Positions 56,306 to 64,000 of a stretch of 64,000 nt of DNA are shown here, piece by piece. The notes beneath the pieces were generated by a model that saw only the letters and a list, made by a program, of their open reading frames with translations, made no database searches and was not told the DNA's origin. This stretch comes from Eledone cirrhosa (lineage: Eukaryota), in the NCBI GenBank assembly GCA_964016885.1, contig OZ024740.1, positions 66,278,001 to 66,342,000 on the forward strand, written 5' to 3'. The position numbers and the translations under genes were made by a program. The first letter of the stretch is position 1. Each line of letters opens with the position of its first letter.

Positions 56306-56750
56306 ACCAGTGTTTTTGTGATACTGGTAAAAAAGGTGTACATTATTCGATATTTTCAGTAAAAACGATTCTCTCAATAGAACATCAAAAACCTTAATAA
56401 TAAAAGTTGTGAAAGATATATAGTATTGGCGTAAGACCAAGGTGTGTGTGAGTGTCCAGATTGTACGTACTGCAAGGGGAATCCATTAGGCCTTGCCGTA
56501 TTGGAATACGTGTGTACAAATATGTATGTGCCCATCAGTGTGCAATGCATATGTGCGTATATGTAAGTGTGTGTGTCGGCACGTTTATATCTATAGACAT
56601 CAAAAGGTATGCAAATTTGTGTATGTTTGTATTGCACCATAGAACATGTGTGTCTACGTACGTCATTGTGTTTATATGTGGATAGAGATGTATGTAGGAT
56701 GTATGCTGATGTAGGTATGTATGTTGACGTGTGTATGTTGTGGGTTCGTC

Positions 56751-58222
56751 TTAGGGAGAAGTGTTTAGACGGGGTCCGTATTTGTTAATAAAGTGAGATT
56801 CCTTGCTGATGCGCTGGGTGTGAGTGGCATTATCTTTAAATTTGTAGAGGAGGAAAATTCTGAAGTTGGGATGATTTTGGACGGCACAGGTATCAATGTG
56901 TCCACTCAGTGGTATTTTCCTGTATTCCCGTATTTTAATTTGGGATCTATGGACAGTCATGCGTTGGCGGAGGCTGTTTTTTGTCTGGCCTATGTATTGT
57001 TCTCGACGACCTGAGCAAGTTAATACATATATTAGATTTTCTGATGCGCATGTGAAATTGTGTTTAACTATAAAACGTTGTCCTTCTTTGAAATAGAATT
57101 CCGAACCCTCTATTAGGTTGATACATATGCCACAGTCGCGTCTATCGCATTTTTTTACTGTGGGTTTCGTTGTTGTGGTTGGTAGTACTTTGGAATGTGC
57201 TAGGATGTTTTTCATTGACTTAGATTGTCTTTTGCTCTTTATGATATCGTGTGTTCGTAGGATTTGGTTCATTCTATGGTCCTTTTTCAACACAGGGATG
57301 TTCTGGAGGATGGTGTCAAATGCCTCATTGTTGAGGGGGTTGTGTGTGGAGATGTATGGAAAACCTTTAAGTTTCGGTTGATTTACCTTAGGGTGTCTAA
57401 GGTCCTGGGTCCTGAGTTTTAGGGCACGTTGGATTCCATTGTCAATTAGTGATGCAGGGTAGTCCCTGCCTATGAGTGTGTCCTTTAGTTCTTGTAGCCG
57501 TATGTAACAAGTGTTTTTATTGGAGACTATAGTACAGATTCTCTTGGCTATGTTGTAGGGAATATTAATTTTAAGGTGTCTAGTGTGGCAAGAGTTGAAA
57601 GGAAGATATTGCTTGGAGTCTGTGGGCTTGTAGTATATGTCTGTTTCTATTTTTTTGTTATGAATCTTAATGAGGATGTCGAGGAAGGGGAGTTGTTGAT
57701 GGCTGTATTCCATCGTGAAGTTCATATTCGTGTTGAGCCCATTTATAAGGGTGTGAAATTCTTTAGGTTTCTCGATGTTTTCGTGCCAAAGGATGAAGCA
57801 GTCATCTAGATATCGCTTCCAGTTCCTTTCTATGTGTAAGTGGAGAGTGTTTCGAAATTTGTTTAGTACTTTAGTGTAGAGGTTTATTTCCAGGAATCCC
57901 ATGACTAGGTTGGCATAAGTGGGGGCTGTTTTCGTTCCCATAGCGGTCCCAGATTTCTGTTTGTAGGGTTTGTTATTGAAAACGAAGTAATTGTTCTCCG
58001 AGATAAATTTGAGTCCCTCTATCACGAATTCTTTTTTGATGCGCTGTGGAAGTTCATTTTGGTAATTATCCAACCAAAATTGGATAGCTTCTATTCCTAG
58101 TTTGTGGGGGATGTTGGAGTATAGGTTGACTACATCGAACGTCACTAGTAGGGTTTGTGCAGAAAGGGGCATATTAGGGAGGTGATTGAGCATATCTAGG
58201 TCGTCTCTTATATAGCTTTTTG
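56751..58222 (-). CDS. PLE RT core, CxxxxCxxC linker and GIY-YIG endonuclease
   Basis: LVTFDVVNLYSNIP, QKSGTAMGTKTAPTYANL, WKRYLDDCF, LPFLDI, YYKPTD, CDRRDCGIC, NLIYVLTC..YIGQT..R..H. Confidence 0.95.
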
Positions 58223-59005
58223 ACGTGTTTGAGAAAAGGCTTGAGAAGGGTATCAATGAAGTTGCTAAGGCGGTGGGTTTCGCAAGCGGGGCCTGATATT
58301 ATAGGTCTTAATTTGAGATCATTGGGTGAGGGGACATTGATGACTCTGTCTGTGGCTTTCTTGCATGCCTTACCTATTAATTCGCGCTTATGTACTTTAG
58401 GGATACCGTAGAAAAGGCTGGATTTACTTGTGAAGTCTGTGATGAAGCTGAATTCCTTCTTATTGAGTCCTTCTTTGTGTTGGTTGATCAGAGTTTTTAG
58501 GTTTCTCATCATTTTCTGTTGATTGTAGTGTTCAGCCTTTTCGTAGTATGTTTCGTTTACCAAAGTGGAGAGCGCTAAGTTGATATAGAATTCTGTCTCC
58601 ATTAGGACTACTGTACTCCCTTTATCAGCCTCTTTAATTGTAATGGTTCTGTCGGTTTTTAATCTATTTAATTCTTCCCATTCTTTCTTGTTGAGGTTTG
58701 GCTTGTGTTTTTGTCTCTGCAAGTGTTGGTAAGGGAAGTTTCTGATGTGTTCACAGAATTCGTTCAGGATTTTATTGCTACCTTTTGATGGGGTGTAATT
58801 GCTTCTATTTCTGGCTAATGATTCCACCTCATTGTACTGGTCGAACAGTTCTTCACTGAGTCGTAACTTTCTACAGAAGTATTTGATGTCTACCTTCATT
58901 TCATAGTAGTTAGGACGTTGTGGGGTCGGTGTGAATTTAAGACCTTTGGAGAGTAAGGTTTATAAGGTTGGGTGTTGGTTCTGCACTAGTTAGATTGATA
59001 ATTTG
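58223..59005 (-). pseudogene. N-terminal RT region of the same polyprotein (frameshifted)
   Basis: LLSKGLKFTPTP, KEADKGSTVV, FYGIPKVHK, LRPIISG; joins SYIRD across a 1-nt frameshift. Confidence 0.9.
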
Positions 59006-59624
59006 TATTACTCTCGGTTTCTACTCCCTGTCTTGTGTTATTTTGTTTGCCTGTATCTGTGTCCTGTGTCTAAAAAATGGTTGGGGTAGAGGGGTTGTCT
59101 GCTGATGTTAAGTGGTCTCCTGTGTTTGTTATAGTCCTTTTTGTTGTAAAATGTGGTTCGGGTTCGTGGTTGTAGATTGAATAGGGTGTTCCTGTATTGC
59201 GAGTATGGATGTGAGTTTCTATGTGCCATGTTTGATTGTGGTATTATAGGTGGCCTACATTGTTGGTTGTATCGTGTGGTGTGGGTTTGTTGTGTATTGT
59301 GGAAGCGAGAGTTGAGAAAATGGAAATTACCTTCCTGTCCCCTTGAAGCGGGGAAGTTGTTGCATCTATCATGGTGGTGGTATCTTTTCCCTATGTTTGA
59401 CGATGAGGCATCCGCGTACTAGTTGAGTGATTTGGTATGGTGTCTCCTTGAAGGGGGAAAGTTGTAAATGTCATTCTGGAGGAGAATATGTCTAGGGTTT
59501 TTGTTCCTTCTTATGGTAGCGAGGTTGGGAAGTTCATCTTCGGTGTGGTGCTTTCTTCTTCTTTTGTTATTGGCTGGGGGGTTTGCGAAGTTGTTGTTTG
59601 GTTCGGTTATGGGTTTTCCTATTT

Positions 59625-60338
59625 TTATGAACGGGTTATTGGAGGTGTAATCCTTTGAAAAGTCGATTCATATTGTAGGAACCAAGCGGCACTTTTTTCC
59701 CAGCGTTGAAGAGATTTCAGTTCTTCTCTGTTGCAGTCCTCTTTCCATAATTTCGAGATCTCCAGTACCTTGGGGCCTTCAGTCTTATTGTTGATTTCCA
59801 GGAGGATCTCTTCATCGATGGTTTTGATTTTTTCCTCATTTGTCTGGGCCCTCAATTTAAGAAGTTCAATTTTTGTCTTCATTTTTTCCAATGCCATTAT
59901 TTCCCTAAGGTGTCTTTTAGGTTCGGGTTCATTTGGAATGGACTTTATTTGTATTTTACGGGGGAGAGTTAGAGGGGTTGAGTTAAGTAATTTTTCATAC
60001 ATCTCCGCTTTGTTGTGATTTTGTATCATCTTCCAGAATGAGAGCTTTCTGTCTCTGAGGGATTTGTTCCATTTTGGAATTGTTCGAATTTTCATTTTGT
60101 ATGAATCAATCTCACATGGTTCTTCGTTGGTTTTTCCTGGGTTGGTAGTAGTGAACATGGTTTGGATAGTATCTTAAAGGTTTTGAAGTGTATCGGAGGG
60201 TTTGTATACGGTGACGGTTTCCTCATTTGTGGAGTCAAGTTTGTCGACCAGCACAGATAGGTTGGTGTTAATTTTCTTGAGTTCCTGTAGAATCTCTTCA
60301 TTTGTGTTGATAAGAGTTGTATCTGTTTTTGTTGGCAT
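59625..60338 (-). pseudogene. Coiled-coil-rich ORF1 or N-terminal extension of the PLE, with one in-frame stop near 60175
   Basis: ATG at 60338 (MPTKTDTTLINTNEEILQELKK..) continuing into the 177-aa ORF rich in E/K/L heptads. Confidence 0.65.
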
Positions 60339-60612
60339 TTTCTGTATCTCGTGTGAGGATATGATATTTAAAAGAATAGAGGTCTAACACACGAGTTATG
60401 ATATATTGGTAAAAGGAAAAAAAATGCTGACAAATTGTTTCCAGTGAAAAATAGTTTAATTAGGAATAAGTAAAAATTAGTAATAGTATTGGTTAGTATT
60501 CAGTTTCCGTATGAGACAAGAGCTGAAAAATATATTTTAACATGTTAAAATATCACCCACACACGTACAGAAACATTCCTACTGCCCGATCCCTCTACCA
60601 CGAATTACTCTG

Positions 60613-60699
<87 letters not shown>

Positions 60700-61321
60700 C
60701 TCACACACACACACTCACACACACAAACACACACACACACACCCACCCACACACTTATCTTAATAGGCATTAGAACTGACAGCAGGCTGCGGTTCGCACA
60801 CACATCCCTGCTGACCATTATCACAACGAACCTCTTTACTACTACTACACACACACACACATATTGTCTTGAAAGACTTATTTTTCAGTGACTTCTCAAT
60901 CAGCAGAGACAAACCTACATTTGGCGCAAAATCAATTTTTAACATTCACATGACCTCTACCGACCAATCAAAATTGTTTTGACCACAAGAATTTTTTCAT
61001 ACATCTGGAGCCACTTTTTTTTACATAAAACAGGTAGAATTTCCAAAACTAATCAGCTCATAGCAAACATCACGGGCGCTCTATCTCAAAATTATTTTTG
61101 AAAAGCATTAGAAATGCGCAACCGGTAAAACTTAAAACCAAAACTGAATACTAACCAATACTACTACTAATTTTTACTTATTCCTAATTAAACTACTTTT
61201 CACTGGGAACAATTTGTCACCATTTTCTTTTCCTTTTACCAATATATCATAACTCGTGTGTTACACATCTATTCTTTTAAATATATATATATTTACATAT
61301 ATATATATGTATATATATATA

Positions 61322-61389
<68 letters not shown>

Positions 61390-62113
61390 CATATATATAT
61401 ATACATTCTCATTAACACACATATATACAGACACATATGTATGGAGAAATAAGAAACTAGGTAAGTTGTGAAATGCATATAAAATAGTGTAAACATATAT
61501 CATGAATGTGACGTGACACAAAAGTTAAGCATTAGTCACACTTAACTTTTGCTTTTACATTTTGATATTAGCATTAACAAAAAATTATTATACTATTGTA
61601 CATGGAGAAGACAATCGTAAAGTTCCGACTCAGTAATTTGTGGAGAGTGAAGTAAACAATTTCATAGATTTTCACATATAAAATGTTCCTAACTGACGTG
61701 TATGTAATATGCTTCCTGTTTCTATACCTGCATCTCCTGCTTGATTTCTGGTGCTAATGACATCAATTAATTACTTATTGAGGCTATTTATGTTGCTTTC
61801 TTTGCCGGGTTCCTGTTTGATTTACATAAACAAATCCTTTGATCAAATGTATTACAACTATAACCACCCAGGTTTCTTTTACCAAAATCCTACGAAGCCA
61901 ACAGTACAATGTCATTTGAAGTGTAATTTTCTTAGATGTGAGGGAAATCAGATTCGGCGGAAGTCTGAAAGCTATTTTTAGCACATCAAAAGCCAAATTC
62001 CTTATGGGCTAAAACCTGTCTTAGTGAATATTACAAATATTTAGACATCCATTCCACTAACGCCTCAATAGAGGCGTATACATGTTTTAACTTCCATAGA
62101 ATTTTTAATTTAA

Positions 62114-62332
62114 CCCTTTAATGTTCAAACCGGCCAAAACCGGCCAGAATCCTCAACTCTTTCTGTTCAAAGTGGCTGTAACTGGCCACTCAAACTGATA
62201 TTAAGGTATTGTCCTCAAAATAAATACTTTCAAAATATCATAGATTCGATATGATGTGAGATAATTGTGTGAGGTAAAGTCTTTACCACAAAAATGCAAT
62301 AGTGTATATAGAATAATGTAAATGTTAAAGGG
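62114..62332. mobile_element. MITE with CCCTTTAA terminal inverted repeats (piggyBac-like)
   Basis: TTAA|CCCTTTAATGTT ... AATGTTAAAGGG|TTAG. Confidence 0.6.
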
Positions 62333-63015
62333 TTAGCTGTTATTTAGACCCATATCAACTTTCACAAACCCAAGATCGCTCCAAAAGAAATGTCACTTCA
62401 GCGTTTCATTCACAAATGTGTTTGTATTTTCTCTTTCTCTATCTCTGGCATATCTGCCATTACCCCAAGCTTCTCTGCTTCTTGGTTCTGGCTGCTGTAG
62501 AATATTCAATAAACACAATTTTCTCAAGTGACCAGGCTGCCTAAAGAAAGATATAAAAGAAATAAACAATATGACATCATAAAGTATTCATTTCATATCC
62601 GTTTAAAATCCTACCTAGTTCGATAGTAATCAAATATTGCTTCATAAAAAAAGAGAAAAAACGGCTACGTTATAAATTATATTGCGTCGATCCTCCTTTT
62701 ATAAATACTTCTCGTACACAAACTTACAAGTATGAATGCAGTTTTCAGCATTCACATATACATATAAAAATAAAAAACAACCGCTCATACACACACATGC
62801 AAGACAGCATCTACATATCTATATATACGGCTAAATATAAGATTTGTAACTTCAATATCTATCAGCATTTGTTTTTGTAATATTTTGCGACCTACGGAGA
62901 GATCGATAAAATTAGTAAATTCGCCATAAATGAAAATCTTCTGTGGATAACAGTTATTGTAGAATCAATTCTACTTCGGATAAACAAAACTAAATTTAAC
63001 CGGTTGCTACACTTT

Positions 63016-63075
<60 letters not shown>

Positions 63076-63220
63076 GGCACAAACATACACGCACCCGCGA
63101 ACCCACATAAAGATCTATTGTCCGAATCATAAAGACACTTCTCCTACTATATCGAGCGTTAAAATAACGTATATCTTTATTTTATTGTGTTGTTTGCTTT
63201 GTTGTTTCCGTTTACTTTTT

Positions 63221-63257
<37 letters not shown>

Positions 63258-63286
63258 CCCCGCTCACACACATACACACACACACA

Positions 63287-63437
<151 letters not shown>

Positions 63438-63576
63438 CAGTTACTTTTTAAGTATTTATTGAATGGAATGTTTTTATTTCAAGTTTTTCTTTAAATAAAT
63501 AATTGAATTTATAATCTTTAATTGAACAACCATGATTCTACTTATATTCATAACAAATGGTTATTCTACGTATAAT

Positions 63577-63607
<31 letters not shown>

Positions 63608-63737
63608 GTATAAGTTCTATTTAAATTGTTGGGATACAACAAGAAAATATTGTTATAACTGATATAAAGCACTCAACAAATAATTGGAGTAAAAATACGA
63701 TATTAACAAACGGAAACTATATTTATAAAACCATATT

Positions 63738-63802
63738 TATTTCATTATACATATTTCAAGGACACCAAGTTAAATTATGGTGTGCTTTCATCAGATAAAA
63801 TA
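63738..63802 (-). ncRNA. Type I hammerhead ribozyme (same family as 15906-15970)
   Basis: UAUUUUAU-CUGAUGA-AAGCACACCA..UGGUGUCCUU-GAAA-UAUGUA-UA-AUGAAAUA. Confidence 0.8.
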
Positions 63803-64000
63803 TAATATGGAGCAGTTTTATAAATAAATATTAACATACCATTAAAGAATGCGACCATTACTGTTGGAAGTTCCGGGAGTATCCTAGGTTTTGAAATAGC
63901 GAGAGTGAACATTTTAATTGGAAATCGAACAGTGTGACTCCAAATAAGATGTAATAAAATATTTTGAATCACCGCCTCCGACTCTCTCCCTCAGTATTAT

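Larger units (their letters stand above)
55430..61280 (-). mobile_element. Near full-length Penelope-like element (Neptune-like) with 3' pLTR, short direct 5' pLTR (about 60400-60507) and inverted pLTR (about 60508-61278)
   Basis: RT plus Zn-finger linker plus GIY-YIG; repeat architecture read directly; TA tracts on both sides. Confidence 0.92.

Overview
AT-rich animal genomic DNA packed with (TA)n/(CA)n/(GA)n microsatellites and SINE-like repeats. The repeats resemble cephalopod (Octopus-like) ones, which is my inference. There is no prokaryotic system here. The window is dominated by Penelope-like retroelements (PLEs; RT plus GIY-YIG endonuclease) of at least three types. Two are near-complete elements on the minus strand (about 618-4865, Nematis-like; about 55430-61280, Neptune-like with a long N-terminal coiled-coil region). 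Several more are truncated Naiad-like copies. Nearly all sit in (TA)n tracts with inverted pseudo-LTRs. Reading the non-coding tails by eye gives about 20 hammerhead-ribozyme (HHR) folds from about 9 sequence families. These include one family with a compensatory U3-A8 core and one with a U3-A8 plus GCAA (A13C) core conserved in five copies. Also present are RTE-type LINE fragments, tRNA-derived SINEs, Helitron-like ends, a TTAA MITE, many fold-back palindromes, an assembly gap and a few candidate minus-strand host micro-exons. Most ORFs in the supplied track are microsatellite artefacts. All coordinates were read by hand and element boundaries are approximate.
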